Part shown: positions 1 to 8,675 of the stretch, piece by piece
How the letters are laid out: each line of letters starts with the position of its first letter
Position numbering within the stretch: position 1 is the stretch's first letter
Source of the DNA: Minisyncoccia bacterium
GTDB lineage: Bacteria; Patescibacteriota; Minisyncoccia; Phycocordibacterales; Phycocordibacteraceae
Reading direction: 5' to 3'
DNA: 64,000 bases
Assembly (NCBI GenBank): GCA_038228545.1
Contig: JBBRPE010000002.1
Location: 22,426 to 86,425 of the forward strand
Translations under genes and position numbers: made by a program
Notes under the pieces: model-generated
The model's database searches: none
Told to the model about the DNA's origin: nothing
Seen by the model: the letters and a program-made list of their open reading frames with translations, nothing else

Positions 1-146
1 CGGGCACGAAGACGGCCGTCCCGACGCGAATGCAGCATCCCGGAGCGGGTCAGGCAGCAGGCAGTCAGCACGGGCGCTCGAAGCAAGGCTAGTGGCGAGG
101 AAAGCTGCCGCCAACACCAGAAGCACGTAAAGACCATAACGACGCA
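1..146 (-). CDS. partial CDS (N-terminus only), secreted or membrane protein; ATG at 146-144 preceded by AGGGAGAA SD; translates MRRYGLYVLLVLAAAFLATSLASSARA... (signal-peptide-like)
   Basis: Own reverse-strand translation; hydrophobic signal-like N-terminus; gene runs off window start. Confidence 0.35.
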
Positions 147-230
147 TGGCATGTTCTCCCTAGCCAGCGGACAGGATTGTCCTATATATAGACTACTCCT
201 CCTCTAACAAAGCGCACTCTGTGCAGGTGC

Positions 231-659
231 CTAAGAAATTGGTTTCGGATTATATACAGAACCAGCCAGCCAATTCTCAAGTACACGTTTGCTTGGAAGA
301 AATATATTCTCCGGGAGTTCGTTCTTTGGAAACCATGTCCAGTTCGCAGATTTCTCCGGTTCTGCCGGATAGGGCTTTCCCGATTTCCATTCAAGCAGAA
401 GGCCGATGGATACGAAATGCTTTTCGTACACACAGTCATTCGAAATAGAGATCAGGCCTTTGACCTCCAAATCGGTAAGGCCACACTCTTCCTCTGTTTC
501 GCGTAACGCTGTCTCTTCAAATGTTTCCCCGCATTCCAGATGTCCGCCAGGAATCGCCCAGGTACCGGCACCATGACTGACCAGCCGTTCACCAAGAAGA
601 ACGCTGTCACCTTTCATGACAACGACTCCTATTCCAACCTTGGGACGAATCTCTTCCAT
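231..659 (-). CDS. NUDIX hydrolase
   Basis: Nudix box [24 protein letters not shown] (GX5EX7REUXEEXGU) in 142-aa ORF. Confidence 0.85.
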   Translation of the reverse strand: MEEIRPKVGIGVVVMKGDSVLLGERLVSHGAGTWAIPGGHLECGETFEETALRETEEECGLTDLEVKGLISISNDCVYEKHFVSIGLLLEWKSGKPYPAEPEKSANWTWFPKNELPENIFLPSKRVLENWLAGSVYNPKPIS

Positions 660-660
660 A

Positions 661-1146
661 TCAATTGGTTCCCTCTCGTCGATGCTTTTCCTTTATTTTC
701 CAGTAAACCTCCTCCGTGCCAGCTTCTGAAGCACGTATTTCCTTATTAAAAAATTCAACCGGATATTTAGCTTGCACTTTCGTAAGTTTATCGTTTACCG
801 CCTCATCCATATCTATTCCAAGAATAGACGCCATATCAAAACAATAAATCATAACGTCAGAGAGTTCCTTCCGAATCTTTTCCATTTTCTTTTCATCCGT
901 ACGTACTTCCTGTGGATGAAGATTGTCCCACTGAAATATCTCAAGCAGTTCCGCTGCCTCTATCGTGATTGACTTAGCAATGTCTGATGGACGCAGCTCG
1001 TCCCACCCGCGCTTTTCAAGATGTTTTCGTATTCGGTCCTGAAACGCCTCCATAGCGTCAGTATATAGCACTAAATACAGTTTCAAGTAAGTAATAATTT
1101 CTGTCTTTGTCACTATTGACTTTTCATAAGTAGTTGCTATAAACAT
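661..1146 (-). CDS. MazG-like nucleotide pyrophosphohydrolase (all-alpha NTP-PPase)
   Basis: [11 protein letters not shown] motif, acidic metal-binding helices typical of MazG/dCTPase-like; adjacent to NUDIX gene. Confidence 0.7.
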   Translation of the reverse strand: MFIATTYEKSIVTKTEIITYLKLYLVLYTDAMEAFQDRIRKHLEKRGWDELRPSDIAKSITIEAAELLEIFQWDNLHPQEVRTDEKKMEKIRKELSDVMIYCFDMASILGIDMDEAVNDKLTKVQAKYPVEFFNKEIRASEAGTEEVYWKIKEKHRREGTN

Positions 1147-1219
1147 ATTGGAGTTTCCTCGGACTTCCGGGGACCGAACCGCGCGGTTACGGCGGGCACC
1201 TTGAAAGGATTAGACAACT

Positions 1220-1750
1220 ATGGAGCCGATTTTTTGGATCGCTCTTATCGCCGGCCTTGTCTGCCTCTCCCTGTCACACATCTTTGATATTGGCGGGCAT
1301 GATGCTGACTTCGGTCACGATCACGGAGGAGACGGCGAAAGCGATGGGCTCATGACGAATCTCTTCACGCTTCGCAATTTCTTCATCTTCGCTCTGGGCT
1401 TCGGGGCTAGTGGCGCTATCGCCGCTCGTCTCGGAGCAAACGACCTGATCGCGAGCATTTGGGGCCTCGTCGCCGGCGTGCTTCTTGCACTTCTGGGTTC
1501 CGCTCTGTACCGCGCGATGCGCGGTCAGCAAGCGAGTTCTCTGACGCACTCGAATGCGCTCGTCGGCAAACGGGCCAAGGTGCTCACCGCTATCCCTTCG
1601 GGGGGACGCGGTGAAATAACCACCACGAATGCTCAAGGCACGACGGTGGCTCTACCTGCTCGTTCCTCTTCGGGGGAAATCGTGCAGAACACCATCGTCA
1701 ACATCACGGCCATGGATGGCGATACCGCCACCGTGGAACCCATCGTCTAA
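1220..1750 (+). CDS. NfeD-like membrane protein (TM helices + C-terminal OB-fold beta domain)
   Basis: 3 hydrophobic helices, His/Asp-rich loop, C-terminal G/V-rich OB-like segment; immediately upstream of flotillin gene (classic NfeD-SPFH operon). Confidence 0.65.
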   Translation: MEPIFWIALIAGLVCLSLSHIFDIGGHDADFGHDHGGDGESDGLMTNLFTLRNFFIFALGFGASGAIAARLGANDLIASIWGLVAGVLLALLGSALYRAMRGQQASSLTHSNALVGKRAKVLTAIPSGGRGEITTTNAQGTTVALPARSSSGEIVQNTIVNITAMDGDTATVEPIV

Positions 1751-1776
1751 ATAGACCGAGAAAGGGTCAAACTCAG

Positions 1777-3501
1777 ATGCAGATTCCAAGCTTTGTGATT
1801 CCGGTGGGGGTAGCAATTTTGTTCCTCGTGGCCGGTTTCTTCATGGTGATGGGAACGATTTCCCGTTACTACAAGAAGATCTCGCCCAACACCGTGGCCG
1901 TCATCACCGGCCGGAAGAACAAGATCAAGATGATGATCGACGGCGAGGAAAGGGTCGTCGAGAAGGGCTATCGCTTCGTCTCGGGCGGCGGCGCACTTAT
2001 CGTGCCGCTCCTCGAGAAGATGGAGGAGATGAGTCTCAACACCATCTCCACCACAGTGACCGTGACCGACGTTCCCTCGAAGGAGGGCGTGAAGGTGACG
2101 GTCGTGGCGATCGCCAACGTCAAGATCCAATCCGACGAGGCTTCCCTGCCGCTCGCCATTGAGCGATTCCTGGGGAGCTCCGAAGCTCAGATCCGCGGCG
2201 TCATCGACTCCACACTGGAGGGCGACCTCCGTGGCATCGTCGGCACCATGACGGTTGAAGGCCTGGTCAACGATCGGCAAACCTTCACCCAGCATGTACT
2301 CGAAGAAGCCGGCACCGACCTGGCCAAGATGGGCCTGTCGGTGGACGTGGTGAAAATCCAGTCCATCTCGGACGAACACGGCTATATCGATGCCCTGGGC
2401 AAGAAGCGCACCGCCGGCGTCGTCCGCGACGCCAGCATCGGTGAAGCCGAAGCTCAGCAGGAGACCGACGTCAAGACGGCGGCGGCCCGCCAAACTGGCG
2501 CCACTGCGCAAGCGGTCGCCGAGCAGGCAATCTCGACTGCCAACCGCGATCGTGACATGGCCATCGCCGACAACGAGGCGCAGGTCAAAGCCCAGCAGGC
2601 CCAGATCCCGATTGCCGCGGAAATTGCCGCGGCCAATCGGACCAAAGAGCTGAACGTCGCGACCGTTGATGCCAAAAAGGCGGAAATCACCGCCGGCATC
2701 GCGCTGCAGCAAGAAGAAGCCAAGCGTGTCGCGGCCGAACAGCAGGCCACCGTCGTGGTGCCGGCTGAAAAGGCCAAGGAAGCGCGTATCATCGCCGCCG
2801 ACGCCGGCCAAGCGGCGGCCGAACGTGAAGGTGAAGCCTTCCGCATCAAGGCCTCCAAGGAGGGCGAGGGCGAACGAGCGAAGCAGGAAGGTGTTGCGGC
2901 GGGCCGTAAGGCTCTCGCAAGCGCCGACCAAGCTGAGCGCGAGGCTCTGGCCGCAGGTAACAAGGCCCAGCTGCTCGCCACTGCGGCGGGTGTGCAGGCC
3001 GACCTGGAAGCCAAGGCTGCTGGTGAGATGGCGATGGCGAATGCCATTCGCGCTCGCCTGCTAGCCGAAGCCGAAGGCACCGAAAAGCGTGCCGAGGCGT
3101 TCGCCAAGCTCGACCAAGCCGGTCGCTTCCTGATGATTCTCGAGGCTCTGCCTCCGGTCATCGCGGCGTGCGGCGAAGCGGGTGAACGGATCGTGCGTCC
3201 GGCGGCGGAAGCCATCGGAACCGGTCTGGGCAACGTCAAAGAGATCCGCATCGTGGATCTCGGTGGTGGGAAAGACGGAGGCCAGTCCCTCGTCAGCCGG
3301 TTCGCTTCGACGCCGGTTCAGGCTTTCTTCGGGCTCTTTGAACAGGCGAAGGCGGCGGGTTTTGGTCCGCTCATCGACGAGCTCACGAAGCGCTTCGGCA
3401 TCAATCTCGACGAGATCATTCCGTCAGTTGCTCCGGCAGCTGCGGAACCTCCAATCGAAGGCGAAGCGAAGACGGTCACGCCAGCCGAAGCGAAGGCCTA
3501 A
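1777..3501 (+). CDS. flotillin-like SPFH/Band-7 protein (YqiK/FloA-like)
   Basis: N-terminal TM, SPFH core, long Ala/Glu-rich coiled-coil (EA-repeat) region; 574 aa. Confidence 0.85.
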   Translation: MQIPSFVIPVGVAILFLVAGFFMVMGTISRYYKKISPNTVAVITGRKNKIKMMIDGEERVVEKGYRFVSGGGALIVPLLEKMEEMSLNTISTTVTVTDVPSKEGVKVTVVAIANVKIQSDEASLPLAIERFLGSSEAQIRGVIDSTLEGDLRGIVGTMTVEGLVNDRQTFTQHVLEEAGTDLAKMGLSVDVVKIQSISDEHGYIDALGKKRTAGVVRDASIGEAEAQQETDVKTAAARQTGATAQAVAEQAISTANRDRDMAIADNEAQVKAQQAQIPIAAEIAAANRTKELNVATVDAKKAEITAGIALQQEEAKRVAAEQQATVVVPAEKAKEARIIAADAGQAAAEREGEAFRIKASKEGEGERAKQEGVAAGRKALASADQAEREALAAGNKAQLLATAAGVQADLEAKAAGEMAMANAIRARLLAEAEGTEKRAEAFAKLDQAGRFLMILEALPPVIAACGEAGERIVRPAAEAIGTGLGNVKEIRIVDLGGGKDGGQSLVSRFASTPVQAFFGLFEQAKAAGFGPLIDELTKRFGINLDEIIPSVAPAAAEPPIEGEAKTVTPAEAKA

Positions 3502-3549
3502 CCGCCCTTCGACGCTCCTGACTATCTAGTACCACGTGCTTACAACTTG

Positions 3550-3590
3550 CTCGCCGTAGTCCCACCTTGGGATTGCGGCGAGTTTTTATA
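3550..3590. terminator. intrinsic terminator hairpin (CTCGCCG...CGGCGAG) followed by TTTTTAT; convergent between flotillin and FNR-like gene
   Basis: Inverted repeat plus T-tract read directly. Confidence 0.5.
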
Positions 3591-5100
3591 CAAATCCCGG
3601 GAAATAGTCGGATTTTATGTGCGACAGTGGCAATCCGAGTTCATGTAGTGTTTTTTGAAACGCGACCACCATAGCGCGCGGACCGGAAATGTAGAACATG
3701 CGCTCACGATAGTCAGGTATCTCACGCTTAATGAGTTCAGCGTCAATGAGTCCGGCATAGGACCCCGGGAATGTTTGCGTATCGTTTGAAAGAGCGTAGA
3801 TGGTCTTCATACCAAGTTCGATACGAGCTCGCTCAAATACGTCATAGTACGCAACTTCCTCGACTGTTTTATTTGAGTAGAGCAAAACCGCATCGCGCTT
3901 CTGTTTGCGGTCGAGCATCGAGCCCACCATAGCTCGGAACGGTGTAACACCGATACCACCTGCAATAAAAGCAACTTTCCTTGACTCTTTTTCAGGAAGC
4001 GTAAAGTCCCCCGCAAGGTGCGCAGCCGTAATCGTATCCCCTGCCCTAAGTTCCATGAGTTTCTGTTTGAAACTCGAGAGCTGTGCTCCGGTCTTCACCG
4101 CAAGACGCAAATTCTTTTCTGTCGGGGAAGACGCGATGGTGAAGTAGCGTCGATTTCCTTTATTGTCCGTTCCTTTTCCTTCAGGAATAGTCCACTCAAG
4201 GTATTGGCCCGGGTAGAATGAATGTTTTATGGCGGGTGCAAATACAAACTCAACTGTATCTTTCGCCAACTGATTCTTTTCTGTGAGCGTGAGCATGAAA
4301 CGGCCTTTTGGACTGATTGCGTACACGAACACATTACCAAGAAGAAGAGCGAGTTCCGGTGTGAAATAGAACGAACCTATATGTATAGCGGGTGCAAACC
4401 AAATACCGACGAGTATGCCGTATGCGATACGCATCGAACGAGTCGGTGGCATGGTAGCCGGCTCCGTAAGCATGGCAAACGCCAGGAAGAAGAACGAGGA
4501 ATGTATGAGTGTGGTCCACACCGCATGGAGCGGATCGGTGTTTGTCGTGAACGCAATAGTGAGGAGCGAGGCTGCGGTAAAGGATAGGAACAAATCGAAT
4601 CGCTGAATCTTACGGACAATGAGAAGACCACCGAGAACAATGACAGCCATAAGAGGTAGGTTTCCAGCGACCCACCAGCTTGCGCCGTGCATGAACACGA
4701 GCGAAGAGACAACGACAGCAAACGCTGCAGGATTAAATACGTGTTTCCCGTTAATCGCGAAGATGTACTTCGACGCCATGCCCCACACACCTATGAGCGC
4801 GAGAAGCAGTGAACCCATGAGATCGCCCGGAGTAACCGGTGTCACGATGAGAGCCAAAATGAGTGCCGTTATGTAAAGTGAGGCAGTACCCGGAACGGCG
4901 TGCCAGACACGCGCAAATATAAAATTAGTCAGCCAGGAAGAAGCAATGAGTATCGCAACTGAGTACCCGATAGCAAACGGCGAATACGAGAGAATATGGA
5001 AAAGACCGAGAGTACCCGCAAGCACAAGAAGCGCAATGAGGTAATACAAAACGACGCGATACATCGTTATACGGTTCAAGATTGAGTCTATGTAATTCAT
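3586..5100 (-). CDS. membrane-bound FNR-type oxidoreductase: N-terminal polytopic membrane domain (~8 TM) fused to FAD/NAD(P)-binding ferredoxin-reductase-like domain
   Basis: RRYFTIAS (RxYS FAD motif), GGIGVTPF (NAD(P) motif), multiple hydrophobic helices N-terminally; last gene of ApbE/FMN-bind operon. Confidence 0.7.
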   Translation of the reverse strand: MNYIDSILNRITMYRVVLYYLIALLVLAGTLGLFHILSYSPFAIGYSVAILIASSWLTNFIFARVWHAVPGTASLYITALILALIVTPVTPGDLMGSLLLALIGVWGMASKYIFAINGKHVFNPAAFAVVVSSLVFMHGASWWVAGNLPLMAVIVLGGLLIVRKIQRFDLFLSFTAASLLTIAFTTNTDPLHAVWTTLIHSSFFFLAFAMLTEPATMPPTRSMRIAYGILVGIWFAPAIHIGSFYFTPELALLLGNVFVYAISPKGRFMLTLTEKNQLAKDTVEFVFAPAIKHSFYPGQYLEWTIPEGKGTDNKGNRRYFTIASSPTEKNLRLAVKTGAQLSSFKQKLMELRAGDTITAAHLAGDFTLPEKESRKVAFIAGGIGVTPFRAMVGSMLDRKQKRDAVLLYSNKTVEEVAYYDVFERARIELGMKTIYALSNDTQTFPGSYAGLIDAELIKREIPDYRERMFYISGPRAMVVAFQKTLHELGLPLSHIKSDYFPGFV

Positions 5101-5846
5101 ATAGTTGTATACGCGCTAAATCCACTCGTTTGGGTGGCAATGCCATCCTTGGTAATACTGTACCCCTCAAATCCGTCAGTGCGTTCAAGAAAGTCGATTC
5201 CTTTCTCTCCCATGGCGAACGCTGCAGTCGCTAGAATGTCCGATTCAAGCACGTCGCCGCCAATGACGGTGACGCTCACCACAGTGTCGAGTGCATCGCC
5301 TGCATCGTGTGGGTTATAGATATGTGCGCCCCGCACGTACGAGCCTGACGTCGCAATTCCCTTTCCTTTCGGATACACCACTTTGACTATCTCTTCGCGA
5401 TTAAAGGGATTACGAATACCAATACTCCACTCGCCTCCCCCCGCATTCATTCCTGAAACAGCGATGTCGCCAGCTGCCTCGACCATAAAATTCTGGTGTC
5501 CACGTTGTGCAAGAAGAGCTGCAGTGTTCTTAATAGCCCATCCTTTTACAACACCTGAGGGGTCAATCGTCCTGTTCGGTTGATGTATGTCAAAGTATCC
5601 TTCCGTTTCCCTTCTTGCCTTCTCTGCGAGAGCGAAGACTACTTTCACGGGCTCGCTCCAGTTCGATTCTTTTATTTCTCCACGATTAATGCGAGATATC
5701 TCACTATCAAATTTGTAGGTACTGAAGCGAGTATCTATTTCACTCAGATACTCGAAGGCCGCAGTGAAGGATTCTTCGGAAAGATTCGCATCAACTATTT
5801 CTATGGATATGGGCATTCCCATAATGTCGGTGCGAGTCTGTTTCAT
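5097..5846 (-). CDS. apbE: FAD:protein FMN transferase ApbE (no signal peptide evident)
   Basis: ApbE family motifs (MGMPISIEI..., SGVVKGWA, ATSGSY.R); starts directly with conserved core, no lipoprotein signal. Confidence 0.85.
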   Translation of the reverse strand: MKQTRTDIMGMPISIEIVDANLSEESFTAAFEYLSEIDTRFSTYKFDSEISRINRGEIKESNWSEPVKVVFALAEKARRETEGYFDIHQPNRTIDPSGVVKGWAIKNTAALLAQRGHQNFMVEAAGDIAVSGMNAGGGEWSIGIRNPFNREEIVKVVYPKGKGIATSGSYVRGAHIYNPHDAGDALDTVVSVTVIGGDVLESDILATAAFAMGEKGIDFLERTDGFEGYSITKDGIATQTSGFSAYTTI

Positions 5847-5854
5847 GACAGGTG

Positions 5855-6361
5855 TTAGGCTTTTGCTTTTGCGAGTGCACTTGCGAGCGACTGATTAAAT
5901 GCGGGACTGGTATCAGAAGCTCCGGAAATAGCATTCACATTCGCGTTTTGTGCTGAGATTGCCTCACGAATAAGCATGGGGAGTGCTTGCTGATTTATTT
6001 CGACGGAAGTATCACGGTCGTTTGGATACTGCAGAACCTTCACGTTCGTAAGCTTACCGCCTGAGATAACCGCAGCGACCTGAATATTTCCATAGTAGGC
6101 ATCTGCAACGCTTCCCGTGTAGGTGCCATCACTATACTGACCAGCATGCTTTGGTTTCGTTGCTACGGGTGTAGGTGACACCGGTTTAGAAGTAGGAGTA
6201 CTTGTCGTGGTATTCGCTTGCGCGGCAGTCGAAGACGTTTTAATCGAAGTAGTAACACTATCAGTAAATGCGGCATCTACGGGCGTAGTGTTTGAACGCT
6301 GCAGGAATACATAGCCGACAGAAGCCACAATAAGGACTGCTGCGAGTAGGAACTTCTTCAT
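5855..6361 (-). CDS. FMN-binding domain protein with N-terminal TM anchor/signal and Thr/Ser/Pro-rich linker; flavinylation-type motif ISGASDT
   Basis: FMN_bind-like segment GTYTGSV...NAISGASDTS (xGA[ST] motif as in NqrC/RnfG); start chosen at MKKF (6361). Confidence 0.75.
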   Translation of the reverse strand: MKKFLLAAVLIVASVGYVFLQRSNTTPVDAAFTDSVTTSIKTSSTAAQANTTTSTPTSKPVSPTPVATKPKHAGQYSDGTYTGSVADAYYGNIQVAAVISGGKLTNVKVLQYPNDRDTSVEINQQALPMLIREAISAQNANVNAISGASDTSPAFNQSLASALAKAKA

Positions 6362-6371
6362 ATACCTTCTA

Positions 6372-7124
6372 TTACGGTTGTGGTGGAAGGAGTATTTCAC
6401 CGCTCATCGGGAGTGGATGCACACCGAATGCACGGATAGTACTCGTCCCGTCGTCCATATCGCCGGCTACATATACCTTCTCTCCAGCAGAGAATTGGGT
6501 TATGTCGAAATTGGACGGAAGGATAACGATGTATCCGCTCTCGTCTTGATCCGTATCCAAATCGTCGTGCTGCATACGAATTGTGGACGTACCGATTTCA
6601 GTTATCGTGCCCCGGAAAATACCACGGTCATGCGGTGCGGGTACGCGCATGTGTTCGTAGATTTCTCCGAATGGCGACGGGAGTCCTCCGTGGTCAGCCT
6701 GGTAAAGCAGACGATCGTTGACGGACGTGCCCCGATCAAGCGCGAGGCCTGCACTTGTCGCAAGCGCAAGCAAAGCAAGAAGCAGATACAGAACTGGGCT
6801 TCGGTAACCAAACTTAAACCGGCGCAACAGCGTCTCAAGAAATAGAACGAGCAGCACATCAAGGATCAAGAGTGGCCACGGGAACACGACGAAGAACGCA
6901 AGGAGCCCACGAGGACCGAACCCGAGCAGCGACTCGTGACCATTGAGCCTGAGTCCGAACAGTATGAAATTAACAAGAGCGATGGAGACTACCAGAATTA
7001 CCACCGCGACAAGACCTGCGAGAATCGTCTCGAAAGTGAAGAACAACTTGGGCCGCATATGGACACTCTTCTCACGAATTTTCGCAAGAACCGTTTCCTT
7101 TGAGCTGTGTGAGTTATGTTCCAT
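6372..7124 (-). CDS. polytopic membrane protein, putative anti-sigma factor partner of ECF sigma
   Basis: Overlaps stop of ECF sigma gene by ~10 nt; several TM helices; no recognisable catalytic motif. Confidence 0.45.
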   Translation of the reverse strand: MEHNSHSSKETVLAKIREKSVHMRPKLFFTFETILAGLVAVVILVVSIALVNFILFGLRLNGHESLLGFGPRGLLAFFVVFPWPLLILDVLLVLFLETLLRRFKFGYRSPVLYLLLALLALATSAGLALDRGTSVNDRLLYQADHGGLPSPFGEIYEHMRVPAPHDRGIFRGTITEIGTSTIRMQHDDLDTDQDESGYIVILPSNFDITQFSAGEKVYVAGDMDDGTSTIRAFGVHPLPMSGEILLPPQP

Positions 7125-7743
7125 AGGGATTGGGAGTGTCTTTATAAACCGCCGCTAGTGCGTCCTTGCCGCGCTTCAAGCGAATACCGACAGTTGAAAC
7201 CGGTACCTGAAGAATGTCGGCTATTTCTCGATAGGAAAGTTCTTCAAGGTAGTAGAGCACCAATACTTCGCGATACTTCGAGCTCACCTTCTCAAGTCCC
7301 CTATCGATAAGAATTCGCATTTCCCTTTGCTCACGCTCGGCCGGGGCCGGATCGTCATACGCCGGATGCGAAACGAGAGCATCAAAATCTATGCTAATGA
7401 CTTTCGAGCGTGAGCGCTTCCTAACCGCCGACACGAATTCATTATGAGTAATCCGATACATCCATGGAGAAAAGCGCATAGAGGTGTCAAAGCTCTGAAT
7501 GTTCTGGTAGGCGCGGAGAAACGCGTCCTGAACCAAGTCGGTAATGTCATCACGATCTGCAAGGAACTTCGTTCCGTATCGCTTAAGTTTTGCTTCGTAA
7601 CGTTCCATAAGGACACCGAATGATTCCGTATCTCCTTGCTGGACGCTACGCGCAAGCACCTCATCCGTTAGTTCGGTTGGAGTCACAGATTCTATAGTAC
7701 TAGGCGAGCTATCCATGCGCTTCTTTTCTAGTACCCCGCGCAC
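7114..7743 (-). CDS. ECF-type sigma-70 family RNA polymerase sigma factor
   Basis: Region 2 (DLVQDAFLRAYQ) and region 4 HTH (LSYREIADILQVPVSTVGIRLKRGK). Confidence 0.85.
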   Translation of the reverse strand: MRGVLEKKRMDSSPSTIESVTPTELTDEVLARSVQQGDTESFGVLMERYEAKLKRYGTKFLADRDDITDLVQDAFLRAYQNIQSFDTSMRFSPWMYRITHNEFVSAVRKRSRSKVISIDFDALVSHPAYDDPAPAEREQREMRILIDRGLEKVSSKYREVLVLYYLEELSYREIADILQVPVSTVGIRLKRGKDALAAVYKDTPNPYGT

Positions 7744-7758
7744 CTGCTGAATATTTCA

Positions 7759-8400
7759 CTATTGTCCGACAAGGAGAGAGAACAAAAAAGAGATAAGTAC
7801 TGAAAACGGCGCGGAGAAGAAGTAGCTAAAGGCGAACAGGACCGCCACAAAGGTAATAAGACCACCTTGCGCAAGGCGTGCTTCGAAATTCCGGAAGGAC
7901 ATGGCGTATTTATACGGAAGCAAACCGCGCAGGAAGGTGAAGCCGTCGAGGGGTGGAAACGGAATGAGATTGAAAAGACCGAGCGAGAGATTTACGAGCG
8001 CTATGATGCCAGCCGCCTGAGCAAAGCTCGTCATACCTGCCGAAAGCGCGATGCGCGTCACAAGTCCGAACACGAGTGCAAGGGCGAGATTCGTTGCAAC
8101 GCCCGCTATTGCAACCAAAGACTCCCCATAGCGCTGATTACGGAGGTTGTAGGGGTTATAGGGTACCGGCTTTGCCCAGCCAAAGAAGAAATGTCCGGGT
8201 GAGAGCACACCAATGAGGGGCACAATGATGGAGCCAATGGGGTCTATGTGCGGTATCGGATTGAGAGTCAGGCGCCCTGCAAGCCGTGCTGTCGGGTCTC
8301 CAAGGGCATTTGCAGCATAGCCATGAGCTACCTCGTGGATAATGATGGAGATGATAAGGGCCGCAAAGTAGAAGATTTCGATTCCAGTACCTAATTGCAT
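7759..8400 (-). CDS. site-2 protease family zinc metalloprotease (peptidase M50-like)
   Basis: HEVAHG zinc motif in TM helix, LDG motif (PPLDGF), polytopic membrane; directly upstream of ECF sigma. Confidence 0.8.
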   Translation of the reverse strand: MQLGTGIEIFYFAALIISIIIHEVAHGYAANALGDPTARLAGRLTLNPIPHIDPIGSIIVPLIGVLSPGHFFFGWAKPVPYNPYNLRNQRYGESLVAIAGVATNLALALVFGLVTRIALSAGMTSFAQAAGIIALVNLSLGLFNLIPFPPLDGFTFLRGLLPYKYAMSFRNFEARLAQGGLITFVAVLFAFSYFFSAPFSVLISFLFSLLVGQ

Positions 8401-8432
8401 ACGATTTCAGCCCATGCTAGCATGGCGGAACT

Positions 8433-8675
8433 ATGGCACGAAGCTGCGAAGTAACGGGAAAGAGCACACAAATCGGCGGACGGTACTCAAACCGTGTGCG
8501 TGCTACTCAGTACAACCCTACCGGAAAGGTCCGTCGTAAGGCTAATCTTCAGAAGCGCCGCATTTTCGTAGCAGAGCTTGGTACAACCGTACTCGTCGAT
8601 ATTTCGGCAAACGGCATGCGCCACATCAAGAAGAACGGTGCTCACAAGACCCTCAAGAAAGCGGGGATTATTTAA
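8433..8675 (+). CDS. rpmB: 50S ribosomal protein L28
   Basis: MARSCEVTGKS...GGRYSNRVRATQYNPTGKVRRKANLQKRRIFV. Confidence 0.85.
   Translation: MARSCEVTGKSTQIGGRYSNRVRATQYNPTGKVRRKANLQKRRIFVAELGTTVLVDISANGMRHIKKNGAHKTLKKAGII

Noticed and set aside
1747-3251. Long antisense ORFs (1747-2931, 2454-3251 on minus; 2390-3064 on plus) inside the flotillin gene
   Set aside because: They overlap a well-supported SPFH/flotillin CDS entirely. They are products of GC/Ala-codon-rich repetitive coding sequence (Ala/Arg/Ser low-complexity translations).
4222-4876. Plus-strand ORFs (4222-4587, 4619-4876) inside the membrane FNR-like gene
   Set aside because: They are antisense to a motif-supported CDS, and their translations are Cys/Arg-rich with no features.
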